From NCBI GenBank assembly GCA_964655225.1, contig CAZZMB010000002.1:25344-89343 (forward strand): a stretch of DNA of 64,000 nucleotides, read 5' to 3'. Position 1 is the stretch's first letter, and every line of letters starts with the position of its first letter. The notes under the pieces are model-generated. The model saw only the letters and a program-made list of their open reading frames with translations. It searched no databases and was not told the DNA's origin. A program made the translations under genes and the position numbers. The stretch comes from an uncultured Chitinophagales bacterium. Lineage in GTDB: Bacteria; Bacteroidota; Bacteroidia; Chitinophagales; UBA8649. Below, piece by piece: positions 1 through 8,188 of the stretch.

Positions 1-521
1 TGGTCTTTTGCTAGAAGTAACGCTCCTCTTCCCCCTGTTGATAAGCCCACTATGAAATTAGAGTGTTCAGGATGAAAAATATTAAACTCGCAATGTAGTG
101 TTTTAATAACGACACTCGACAACCAATTTCTAGTTGGATACTTCAACCAATCTTCTCTTGTTTCTGGGTAAGTGCGTAACGAGTAAATACTTTTTCCCAT
201 TTCCGGCATCACCAATACATAGCCTAAATCGAGCGCTTTATCACACAAGAAAGTGCTGTCACACCAATTCGTTCTCGGAAAGTTCCAACCCTGTAAAACC
301 AAAATGGTCCCTCTAACCTTCTTTACATTCGGTAAAAGCACTTCAACTTCAAACACATTTTCTAAAAATGGGAAACTAAAAATTGAATCCTTTGACAATT
401 GAACTGCATTGTCTTCAATAGGATTTGAACTAACCTCTGAAGGTTGATTATTGACTTCACTTTGCCAATCACAAGCGGCAACTAAGAATAAAATTCCAAT
501 AATAGCAATTGCAAATTTCAT
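1..521 (-). CDS. alpha/beta-hydrolase (esterase-like) lipoprotein; C-terminal part lies outside the window
   Basis: Missing from the ORF track because no stop falls inside the window. My reverse-strand translation from the ATG (complement of 519-521) stays open to base 3: MKFAIAIIGILFLVAACDWQ...GYVLVMPEMGKS...FIVGLSTGGRGALLLAKD. It has a lipoprotein-type signal (LVAAC) and a G-x-S-x-G nucleophile elbow (GLSTG). Confidence 0.55.
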   Translation of the reverse strand, partial: MKFAIAIIGILFLVAACDWQSEVNNQPSEVSSNPIEDNAVQLSKDSIFSFPFLENVFEVEVLLPNVKKVRGTILVLQGWNFPRTNWCDSTFLCDKALDLGYVLVMPEMGKSIYSLRTYPETREDWLKYPTRNWLSSVVIKTLHCEFNIFHPEHSNFIVGLSTGGRGALLLAKD

Positions 522-614
522 AACGCAAAGTAAATCTTTCGTGCGAGTATTCGTAATGTAGCGGATTTTAAAGTACTATCTTTTTATGTTTGCACAAATG
601 CTTGATACCTAGTA

Positions 615-657
615 TCTAATTTATACGATACGTTTTATATACAAACGTTATAACCAA
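615..657. repeat. copy A of a repeated intergenic element (copy B at 48359-48412)
   Basis: Shares TCTAATTTA, ATACGAT, an exact 14-mer TATATACAAACGTT (636-649) and AACCAA, in the same order, with 48359-48412. Contains ACGTTT-N7-AAACGT inverted arms. Confidence 0.6.
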
Positions 658-692
658 CAACCCTTACCCCACTCTCGAAAATAACTCACAAG

Positions 693-720
693 AAAGCCCG
701 CTCATTGCTGAACGGGCTTT
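693..720 (-). terminator. stem-loop 16 nt downstream of the 974-aa gene stop (possibly bidirectional)
   Basis: AAAGCCCG (693-700) pairs with CGGGCTTT (713-720). The loop is 12 nt and both flanks are T-rich. Confidence 0.5.
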
Positions 721-736
721 TCATTTATAGTTTAAT

Positions 737-3661
737 CTATTTTACAATTACCATCTGCTCAATAAACACACCTTTATTCGAATGAATGCTGATACTGTAT
801 TTACCCGCCTCCAATGATGAAGCATCAAGCGTTCCTTCTTCAACGTTAAAAGGAGCTGCGATGATTCTACCCAACATATCATATACCAGGATTGCTGAGA
901 TAGTCCCTTCGAATTGAACATTAAAATACCCGTCATTTGAAGGGTTTGGATAAACCAATAGGTTTAAAGAAGATAAGTCATCAAGACCGGTGTAATCCAC
1001 AAGGTAACAAGCTGATGTATCCGCCGCACATCCGTTTAAAGTCAATTCAACAGCGTAGTTACCTGTACCTGCCGGCGCGTAAGATTGGTTTGTTTCACCA
1101 TTGATATAGGCATTTCCATTGTCACAATCTAGCCACTGATAAAAGACTCCTGTTGCGTCAGCCGTTAATAGACTTTCGAGTTGCGTGACATTTATATCAA
1201 CTGTTTCCAGAATAATATTTTGTGTTTGTGTCGATGTATTCTCATTTCCATCATCGTAAGTCCATGTGACAACTGTTGTTCCTTGAGTGGTGATAGGAAG
1301 AACGGCATCGTTCGTAACAATCACAGCTCCTCCACAGTTATCTGTGGCTGTTGGTGCTGTTAATGCTGTTACTTCACACTCTGCTGTTACATCTGCCAGT
1401 AACGCTACATCTGCAACTGGTGCTGTGATATCGTTGATCACAACATTTTGTGTTTGTGTCGATGTATTCTCATTTCCATCATCGTAAGTCCAAGTAACAA
1501 CTGTTGTACCTGAAGCTGTAATAGGTAAGCAAGCATCGTGTGTTACCATTACAGTTGATGCACAATTATCAGTCGCCGTTGGCTCTATCAAGGTGGTTAC
1601 CATAGAAAGCGGACAATACACAAGATCAGGTAAATTAGCTACGTCAGGAATCGGAGCCGTAACGTCTTGAATACCATTGTATTCATACGCACCGATGTCA
1701 CTTACGTTAGGTCTACAATATCCTCTTTGGTCATATTCAATATTTGCAATACCTGCATTGATTAATGGTGATCCAGGATTAATAGAACATGTTGGCGTTG
1801 TTCCGCCATAGTTTGCTAATACCGATAAATTTGCAGTAACATTAAGAATGTTATTTAATCCCGTAATTGTGGCGCCAGATGTATTACTCATATGGGAATA
1901 ATTCATATTAATTTGTCCAGAAAAGTCGTTTGGAGTGTTATTATCAAAAGTTGTGTTGATAGCTGTGCAAGTGCCACTTCCTAAGAAGAGAATATTCCCT
2001 TCCACACCAATGCATGAATTATCTTTAAAAGTGCAATTTTCCAAAGTCAAAGAAGGGGTCGTAGTATACATTACGCCTGCGTAATCACCTGAATAATTAT
2101 TATAGAATGTACTATTATAGAATGAAACAGATCCATCAGTTGGACAATACATAACTCCTGACTGACCAGCATTGGAATTATTAGAAAATGTGCAATTTCT
2201 AATAATTACGTTTCCATCGTCATTAGGAAAATATAGGAATTGTTTCGAATTTCCATCTACATCACAATTCTCAATAATAAAGTCACCTCCATCCGGTTTA
2301 TAAATTACTCCTGTGCCAGAAACACCAACAGAAAAATTAGTAACCTTAAGATTATTTATTATTAATGATCCATCACCGTAATGATATAAAAATGCATCAC
2401 TGGTTCCACTAATAATAAGTTGATCAGCCCCTGGACCAATGATGGATACGTCATGATTCGGATTGCAATTTAATTTACTCCCCCAATTAATTGTTCCAGA
2501 AACTCCTGATGCATCTACTACAGCATCTCCACATCCAAGTGCATTAGCATTAATAATAGCTTGTCTCAAAGATCCCGCACCAGTATCGTTAAGGTTAGTT
2601 ACTTCAAAGATTCCTGTGTTGTTAATAACGAGATTACCTGCGGGAGCAGTTATCAAGGGAGTTTCTGTATTCCCATCAACTACTAAACCTGTGCATTCTG
2701 CATCTACAACATTTGATAGTGCGCTGGTTGTTGGAATATCACATGCAACCCAAAAATAATTTGTGCCTTCACTTAAGGTAATATTACCTGTCACAGTATA
2801 GTTTCCTGTTAAATTAGAAGAACCAATCAGATTTGATGTATTAAAAACACTACTCGTACCTGTTGAATATATTTTCTTCAATACAACATCACTACAATCA
2901 TCAGATGACCCATTAGTATTCAAAATCAATTCTGTAATATCCAGAGGATTTAAACTACCTTCGGTCGTGACGTCTATTCTCATTAAAGGTTGATCATTAT
3001 ACCCTTGTTTCAATCCACAACCATCATGTGTAGTCGTTGAAGATACATATACCATATTCGTTTGCTCAAAAACCTCAATCTGATCGATTCCCACATTGGT
3101 CATGTCAGCAGAAAAAGGATTACTCTCTTTTCCTCTAAATCGAATACTTAAATCTGGTGAGCCGATAAAAGCTGATAAATCAACTGAAAGTAATGTCCAA
3201 TCAGTAAAATTAGAGGTAAATGTTTGAAGAACTGAATAAGGTCCTCCCATGCTACTGACGGCTATTTCGATTTCTTCATTGCCATCTGGATGTTTCATGT
3301 AAAACTTTAACCCTGGCGCATTGTAGGAGGAAATATCAATATTATTAATTATCATATCAACTTCGAAAAATGGATCGTAACCATCGAATTGATTCGAATA
3401 AAGAATGGCACAATTACCTGATCCTCCATAGCCAACATCTAATCCATTCATTCCAAATGGACTACCGTTGACGACAGGGTCATCACTTCTGTACCAAGTG
3501 GCAGGATCTCCTGAGGAAGTTCCTCCTCCTCCCCAGATGGGCGTAGTGATAGTATTTGGTAAGACAGGAGGCCACACTCCAGAATCAAAGCTTTGAAGTT
3601 GTGCAAACGATGTTATTGAGATTGTTGCTGTTGCAACAAGTGAGAGTATTAATTTCTTCAT
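737..3661 (-). CDS. large T9SS-secreted surface protein (signal peptide, beta-helix-like repeats, two HYR-like repeats, C-terminal sorting domain)
   Basis: 974-aa ORF. N-terminal signal MKKLILSLVATATISITSFAQ. Mid-region has repeats typical of parallel beta-helix/PMP-like proteins (NCTFSNNSNAGQSGVMY, NSTFYNNYSGDYAGVMY, NCTFKDNS). Two repeats of about 76 aa have the HYR pattern (TAP..D...TATDNC......TWTYDDGNENT). C-terminus LLVYPNPSNDGYFNVQF...KYSISIHSNKGVFIEQMVIVK looks like a type-A T9SS CTD. Confidence 0.8.
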   Translation of the reverse strand: MKKLILSLVATATISITSFAQLQSFDSGVWPPVLPNTITTPIWGGGGTSSGDPATWYRSDDPVVNGSPFGMNGLDVGYGGSGNCAILYSNQFDGYDPFFEVDMIINNIDISSYNAPGLKFYMKHPDGNEEIEIAVSSMGGPYSVLQTFTSNFTDWTLLSVDLSAFIGSPDLSIRFRGKESNPFSADMTNVGIDQIEVFEQTNMVYVSSTTTHDGCGLKQGYNDQPLMRIDVTTEGSLNPLDITELILNTNGSSDDCSDVVLKKIYSTGTSSVFNTSNLIGSSNLTGNYTVTGNITLSEGTNYFWVACDIPTTSALSNVVDAECTGLVVDGNTETPLITAPAGNLVINNTGIFEVTNLNDTGAGSLRQAIINANALGCGDAVVDASGVSGTINWGSKLNCNPNHDVSIIGPGADQLIISGTSDAFLYHYGDGSLIINNLKVTNFSVGVSGTGVIYKPDGGDFIIENCDVDGNSKQFLYFPNDDGNVIIRNCTFSNNSNAGQSGVMYCPTDGSVSFYNSTFYNNYSGDYAGVMYTTTPSLTLENCTFKDNSCIGVEGNILFLGSGTCTAINTTFDNNTPNDFSGQINMNYSHMSNTSGATITGLNNILNVTANLSVLANYGGTTPTCSINPGSPLINAGIANIEYDQRGYCRPNVSDIGAYEYNGIQDVTAPIPDVANLPDLVYCPLSMVTTLIEPTATDNCASTVMVTHDACLPITASGTTVVTWTYDDGNENTSTQTQNVVINDITAPVADVALLADVTAECEVTALTAPTATDNCGGAVIVTNDAVLPITTQGTTVVTWTYDDGNENTSTQTQNIILETVDINVTQLESLLTADATGVFYQWLDCDNGNAYINGETNQSYAPAGTGNYAVELTLNGCAADTSACYLVDYTGLDDLSSLNLLVYPNPSNDGYFNVQFEGTISAILVYDMLGRIIAAPFNVEEGTLDASSLEAGKYSISIHSNKGVFIEQMVIVK
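1217..1507 (-). repeat. tandem HYR-like coding repeats, 228-bp period, 48-bp identical core
   Basis: 1217-1264 and 1445-1492 are identical (attttgtgtttgtgtcgatgtattctcatttccatcatcgtaagtcca). Similarity continues with 2 mismatches to 1279 and 1507. Both copies encode TTVVTWTYDDGNENTSTQTQN. Confidence 0.9.
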
Positions 3662-3973
3662 ATAAGTTATGTTTAATTAGTTTAAATGTCTTTAGGTTTT
3701 GTGTTGGGCTATTCAAAGTCAATGAAAAAGCTCCAAGAGCCAAAATACAACACAAAAATTGTCAAAACAAATAATTCAGAGATATTAATGGCAGTAATAT
3801 TACCTATGGTTTCAGAAGAGTATACCCCAAAAAAAATGGATGTATAACTGTGACGGGGGTTTTGATTGAATATTGCAGTCCGGATTTTTTGACGATTTAA
3901 CTGTCAATTTACTGCCAATAACTGCCCATTTGAGTACTTTTTTCGTACATTGTAGTGTCTAACCACCGAACAC

Positions 3974-4007
3974 AAAAAAACCCTAAACTATTGCTAGTAA
4001 AGGGTTT
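3974..4007 (-). terminator. rho-independent terminator after the tRNA
   Basis: On the minus strand, AAACCCT...AGGGTTT forms the stem with an inner ACTA/TAGT extension. A run of 7 T follows (complement of a3974-3980). Confidence 0.7.
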
Positions 4008-4012
4008 CATCG

Positions 4013-4086
4013 TGGTCCCACACAGACTCGAACTGTGGACCACCTGATTATGAGTCAGGTGCTCTAACCAACTGAGCTATAGGACC
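4013..4086 (-). tRNA. tRNA with CAT anticodon, elongator type; Ile2 (lysidine) likely, Met possible
   Basis: Reverse complement folds as a 74-nt cloverleaf: GGTCCTA|TA|GCTC|AGTTGGTTA|GAGC|A|CCTGA|CTCATAA|TCAGG|TGGTC|CACAG|TTCGAGT|CTGTG|TGGGACC|A. All four stems pair. No CCA is encoded. The 1:72 pair is G-C and the anticodon stem lacks three G-C pairs, so this is not an initiator. C4-G69 and C5-G68 are present. Confidence 0.95.
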
Positions 4087-4159
4087 AGAATACTATTAAA
4101 AATAGCACTCATTTTACTTCTTTCCTAAACAAGTGACTTGTTTGGTTTCCGAAGGACTG

Positions 4160-4189
4160 CAAAAGTAAGTATATTGCTCAAAATTTCAA
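4160..4189 (-). promoter_or_regulatory. Bacteroidota-type promoter (-33 TTG / -7 TAnnTTTG) driving the tRNA
   Basis: Minus strand reads TTG-aaattttgagcaatatact-TACTTTTG, a 19-nt spacer. It lies about 75 nt upstream of the tRNA 5' end. Confidence 0.6.
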
Positions 4190-4196
4190 GCTTTTT

Positions 4197-4820
4197 ATGA
4201 ATGAAATTCTTAGAGGAATTAAAAACATCATCTTTGATTTAGGGGAGGTAATCGTGGACTTAGATATTTTGGCTACTGAACGAGCATTTAATTCATTGTT
4301 GTCAAGCAAATCAAACTCGATATACAGTTACAGCTCACAAGCACTGGTTTTTGACCTACTAGAAACCGGTAAGGTGTCGCAGCAGCAGTTTAGAGATGAA
4401 CTAAGAAAGCAAAGCGACTCGGACATTACCGATGCTCAAATTGACGATGCTTGGAACGCAATGCTTATTCGAATTCCGGAACGAAAAATACAATTGGTAC
4501 AAAACTTGCGTTTGAATTACAAAACCTTTGTGTTGAGCAATACGAATCAAATACATATTGATTTTGTAAATGCAAAGTTGCTGCCAATGCATCAACTTAA
4601 TGATTTAAATGAAATCTTTGATTTTGTATACTATTCACATGAAATTGGAGAAAGAAAACCAAATAGCACTGCCTTCACTTATGTACTTGAAAAACATCAA
4701 ATCGCCCCCCAAGCGACTTTGTTTATAGATGATAAATTTGAGAATATAGAAACCGCTGCCAAACTGGGAATTCAGACCTGGCATCTAACCAATCGAGAGG
4801 ACTTGTATGACTTATATTAA
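4197..4820 (+). CDS. HAD-superfamily hydrolase
   Basis: 207 aa. Motif I is FDLGEV (DxG variant of DxD). LSNTN and a C-terminal IDD region fit HAD subfamily IA. Confidence 0.7.
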   Translation: MNEILRGIKNIIFDLGEVIVDLDILATERAFNSLLSSKSNSIYSYSSQALVFDLLETGKVSQQQFRDELRKQSDSDITDAQIDDAWNAMLIRIPERKIQLVQNLRLNYKTFVLSNTNQIHIDFVNAKLLPMHQLNDLNEIFDFVYYSHEIGERKPNSTAFTYVLEKHQIAPQATLFIDDKFENIETAAKLGIQTWHLTNREDLYDLY

Positions 4821-5724
4821 ATATTTAATATTGTTTTGTGGATTTTTCGCTTCGGCTCAAACACCTGTCTTAAGTTTAGAGCAAGACACACTTTTGCAAA
4901 TTGAAAACGGTCAAATTATTAGTCCTACAAATAGTGTTTTATTCTCAAGCAAAGGAAACATCATCTTTAAAGGGAAGAGTAGCTCATACAAGGATATTCT
5001 CTTTACACTTGCATTGGATAGTATTTCTCAAGAGAAGGAAAGTGTAATCTACAATCGAAAAGGAGCAAGGAGTCTGTTTACCATTCAGCAATCGATCATT
5101 AACTATGCTTATAAGGATCAAACCTATGCAGTAGCTACTTTTGTAAAAAATGACGATTATTGGGCCATTTACAATAACTTAAACGACAGTCTTTTGGCTT
5201 ACCTTCCATCTGTTCAAGTATCCAATGCATCCTTATTTGCCTCTTTTTACGCCTTATGGAATAGTACAGGAATGAAGGCCCAATTAATTAGTGTGGTAAA
5301 TACATCCAAAGAACAAAATATGGATGGCTTAGCTATTATGCAGCCGGTATTCGGTGCAGAAATAGTATGGATTTGGGATGGTATCTACCTCTATCCAAAT
5401 GGAATGAATAGCAGCCATCCCATGGTATGGAAATATGAAAACGAAAAACTACAACCAGTTAATTATCCTCGAACTCAAGAGGAATGGTCTTGGGATGGAC
5501 AAGGCTTAAAGCCCTATTGGGGAGGAGATCCTAGTAATCAATGGACCTGGCAAAATGGAGTTTTACGGCAAACATGGAATAATAATTATAAAAACGAATA
5601 CTTTATCGAAGATATGGTCATTCGGAAACGCTTTGGCGTTTATGGAGATAACGAATGGCAAATTAAGGGCGATATGCCACTTCCTTTGATTACTGCTGTA
5701 GTGCTTGGAATTTTATATAGATAG
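4807..5724 (+). CDS. hypothetical secreted protein, Trp-rich C-terminal half
   Basis: 305 aa. Signal-like N-terminus MTYIKYLILFCGFFASAQ. Overlaps the HAD gene by 14 nt. I recognise no family. Confidence 0.6.
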   Translation: MTYIKYLILFCGFFASAQTPVLSLEQDTLLQIENGQIISPTNSVLFSSKGNIIFKGKSSSYKDILFTLALDSISQEKESVIYNRKGARSLFTIQQSIINYAYKDQTYAVATFVKNDDYWAIYNNLNDSLLAYLPSVQVSNASLFASFYALWNSTGMKAQLISVVNTSKEQNMDGLAIMQPVFGAEIVWIWDGIYLYPNGMNSSHPMVWKYENEKLQPVNYPRTQEEWSWDGQGLKPYWGGDPSNQWTWQNGVLRQTWNNNYKNEYFIEDMVIRKRFGVYGDNEWQIKGDMPLPLITAVVLGILYR

Positions 5725-5773
5725 ATTAAGCGAACAAAATTTCAATTCCGTTTATCTTTTAAAAATAAGCCAT

Positions 5774-5781
5774 TACTTTTG
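5774..5781 (+). promoter_or_regulatory. candidate -7 box (TACTTTTG) for the asparaginase-domain gene
   Basis: Matches TAnnTTTG 16 nt before the ATG at 5798. No TTG at the proper -33 spacing. A box match alone is weak evidence. Confidence 0.3.
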
Positions 5782-5797
5782 TTGAAATAATTTAAAA

Positions 5798-6283
5798 ATG
5801 TCGGTTAAAATTTTAGTTACAGGAGGAACCTTCGATAAGGAGTACGATTTGATAAATGGAGACCTGCATTTTACAGAAACACATATTCCAGGTATTTTAG
5901 AATTAGGCCGGTGTACCGTGGATTACTCTATTCGCACACTAATGATGGTGGATAGCTTGGAAATGAGCGAAACTGATCGAGACGTGATCAAACGGAACTG
6001 TGAAATGGCAAAGGAAGATAACATCCTCATTACTCACGGCACGGATACGATAACTGAAACAGGAAGGTATTTGGCTAGTTTTGATTTAAATAAAACTATC
6101 GTTCTCACCGGCGCCATGGTTCCCTATGCTTTCGGTGCGAGTGATGCACTTTTTAATTTGGGAAGTGCTTTAGCCTTTGTTCAAGCTCTTCCACCTGGCG
6201 TATATATTGTAATGAACGGAAAATATTATGCCTGGGATAAGGTAAGGAAAAACAAAAAGACAGGTTTGTTTGAAGACCTTTAA
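5798..6283 (+). CDS. stand-alone asparaginase N-terminal-domain protein
   Basis: 161 aa. Has VTGGTFDK (the TGGT nucleophile motif) and ITHGTDT (the HGTDT motif) of L-asparaginase/GatD-type enzymes. The C-terminal domain is absent. Confidence 0.7.
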   Translation: MSVKILVTGGTFDKEYDLINGDLHFTETHIPGILELGRCTVDYSIRTLMMVDSLEMSETDRDVIKRNCEMAKEDNILITHGTDTITETGRYLASFDLNKTIVLTGAMVPYAFGASDALFNLGSALAFVQALPPGVYIVMNGKYYAWDKVRKNKKTGLFEDL

Positions 6284-6435
6284 ATTGACTTGTTTTCACT
6301 AATTTTAGGTTCGCATCTCGTAATTCGGACACCTAAGTCAAAGTATTGCTTCACTTTTTACCAATAATCTCATTTCTTTGAGTTAATCTGAACGTATTCA
6401 GTTTTTAATAAAATGATAATTAAGGTGTTTTTAAA

Positions 6436-6471
6436 AGTCGTTCTGTTTTTTATTATAGAGCGACTTTTTTT
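6436..6471 (+). terminator. rho-independent terminator about 150 nt downstream of the asparaginase-domain gene
   Basis: AGTCGTTC (6436-6443) pairs with GAGCGACT (6458-6465), including one G-U pair. Seven T follow. Confidence 0.6.
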
Positions 6472-6491
6472 CAGTTTTATAAAGCCCAAGC

Positions 6492-6926
6492 ATGAAGAAA
6501 TTTTATTCCATTATTTCACTTAGTCTTATTTCCTTATCTTTGTTATACAGTCAGCAAGCAGAAGATATCCTCGGTTTATGGGCAAATGAAGACAGTACGC
6601 AAATTGTACAAGTAATTAAACAGGGAGATGTTTTTGTTGGAAAGTTGACCAATCTTAATGGCTATAATCCAGGCAGTCTATTAGACTTGGAAAATCCGGA
6701 ATCAGGAAAAAAGAGTAGTACTTTAATAGGATTAGATGTTTGGATAGATTTTGTATACCATGAAGCTAGGCATAATTGGGTTGATGGTAAAATATATAAT
6801 TTTAAAAATGGCAACTCATACAACGGTAAAATTCAAATAGAGGAAGATGCACTAAAACTTACCGGACACTATGGTTTCTTTTTCTTTTTGGCAAAAACAC
6901 AAGATTGGACGAGAGTCCAAAAATAA
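6492..6926 (+). CDS. DUF2147-like secreted protein
   Basis: 144 aa with a signal peptide. The pattern GLW...(G)KIYNFKNGNSYNGKIQI...LKLTGHYG resembles DUF2147, from memory. Confidence 0.55.
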   Translation: MKKFYSIISLSLISLSLLYSQQAEDILGLWANEDSTQIVQVIKQGDVFVGKLTNLNGYNPGSLLDLENPESGKKSSTLIGLDVWIDFVYHEARHNWVDGKIYNFKNGNSYNGKIQIEEDALKLTGHYGFFFFLAKTQDWTRVQK

Positions 6927-6929
6927 AAT

Positions 6930-8081
6930 ATGTTTCCAGAGACATTATATTACATAGGGATTTCTCAAGCCTTGTTCGTTTCATTGGTATTATTTACCAA
7001 AGCAAATAAGCAAGGATCGGATTTTGTGTTAATGGCATGGTTGCTGACCATTTCCTTCAAAATGATGATTCTTTTGATAAGTGCTGAGCATGGGGAGTTT
7101 TTCGATAATCAATTTTCCATAGGATTGATACCGCTTACTTTTGGTCCATTTTTGTTTTTGTACACAAAAAATCTTCTCTATCGGAGATGGTTTTTTAAAT
7201 CAAGAGACTTTTTACATTATACCCCGTTTATCTTTTTTACTTTTTTATATTTTTCCTTTTTTAAAGGCAAGCTGAGCTTTGACAATCATATGTTTTTTTT
7301 AAAGGACGGATATCTTTGGGTGCGTTTGATGTATTCCATCGCATTTATGAGCTCTGTGGGTTACTACACCTTTTTGACATTAAAAATTTTAGGTCGACAT
7401 AGAAAGCAATTGAAAGATCGATTTTCATTCCTTTCCGAAAGCAATGAGTTGAATTGGTTGTACGTGCTTACTGCAATATTTGGAATAACCTACTTTTTAT
7501 ATTTCTCCTTAGGGTCATACAATGTGTTAATGAAACAAGGCTTTTTTGATATCGCCTATACTTCTGATGTTTTTCTAACTATTCTGGCGTTTTCAGTGAG
7601 TTATTTTGGGATTAAGCAGCCCTACTTATTTAAAGTGATTCCTGAGGAAAATGAGGAATTCATGGCTTTAAAAAAGAAGAATGAAAGCAAAAGAAAATAT
7701 AAAAATTCTAATCTAACAGAAGAGCAGAAGGAAGAATATGTTACACATATACTCACCTTCATGGATGAGGAGCGACCTTTTATCAATCCAGAATTAACAG
7801 TTCAAGACCTTTCTAAGCAATTGAATATTTCTAGACATCACCTTACCGAGTTATTGAATAACGATATCGGAAAGAACTTCTTCACTTTTATCAATGAATA
7901 CAGAGTAGAAGAAGTCAAAAGAAGATTGTTAGATGCACGATTTGAGCATTTAACGATCGTCGCAATAGCTTTTGAGAGTGGATTCAATTCCAAGTCTACC
8001 TTTAACAGCATATTCAAGCAAAACACCGGAAATACACCTTCTCAGTGGAAAACTGCCGAGCTTAAAATTCAGCATCAGTAG
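6930..8081 (+). CDS. membrane-anchored AraC-family transcriptional regulator
   Basis: 383 aa. The N-terminal 230 aa or so contain multiple hydrophobic helices. The C-terminus has the AraC HTH signature (VQDLSKQLNISRHHLTELL ... IAFESGFNSKSTFNSIFKQNTGNTPSQW). Confidence 0.8.
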   Translation: MFPETLYYIGISQALFVSLVLFTKANKQGSDFVLMAWLLTISFKMMILLISAEHGEFFDNQFSIGLIPLTFGPFLFLYTKNLLYRRWFFKSRDFLHYTPFIFFTFLYFSFFKGKLSFDNHMFFLKDGYLWVRLMYSIAFMSSVGYYTFLTLKILGRHRKQLKDRFSFLSESNELNWLYVLTAIFGITYFLYFSLGSYNVLMKQGFFDIAYTSDVFLTILAFSVSYFGIKQPYLFKVIPEENEEFMALKKKNESKRKYKNSNLTEEQKEEYVTHILTFMDEERPFINPELTVQDLSKQLNISRHHLTELLNNDIGKNFFTFINEYRVEEVKRRLLDARFEHLTIVAIAFESGFNSKSTFNSIFKQNTGNTPSQWKTAELKIQHQ

Positions 8082-8188
8082 CAGTATTTACAAATTTTAT
8101 TTTATTTTTTCGGTTCGTTAAACACTAATCTATCCTTAAGCGATTGATTTCACTGGTGCTCTTTTAAAATTGCAAACTATATGTATTT

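Noticed and set aside
134-316. A 60-aa plus-strand ORF from the track at the start of the window.
   Set aside because: It lies entirely antisense to the open minus-strand esterase-like frame (1-521), which has a signal peptide and a GxSxG motif.
5668-5724. The hydrophobic C-terminal tail (MPLPLITAVVLGILYR) of the 305-aa secreted protein. I considered an exosortase- or rhombosortase-type sorting signal.
   Set aside because: The hydrophobic stretch is only about 14 residues with a single terminal Arg. There is no recognisable signature motif, no second protein in the window with the same tail, and no sortase-like gene nearby.
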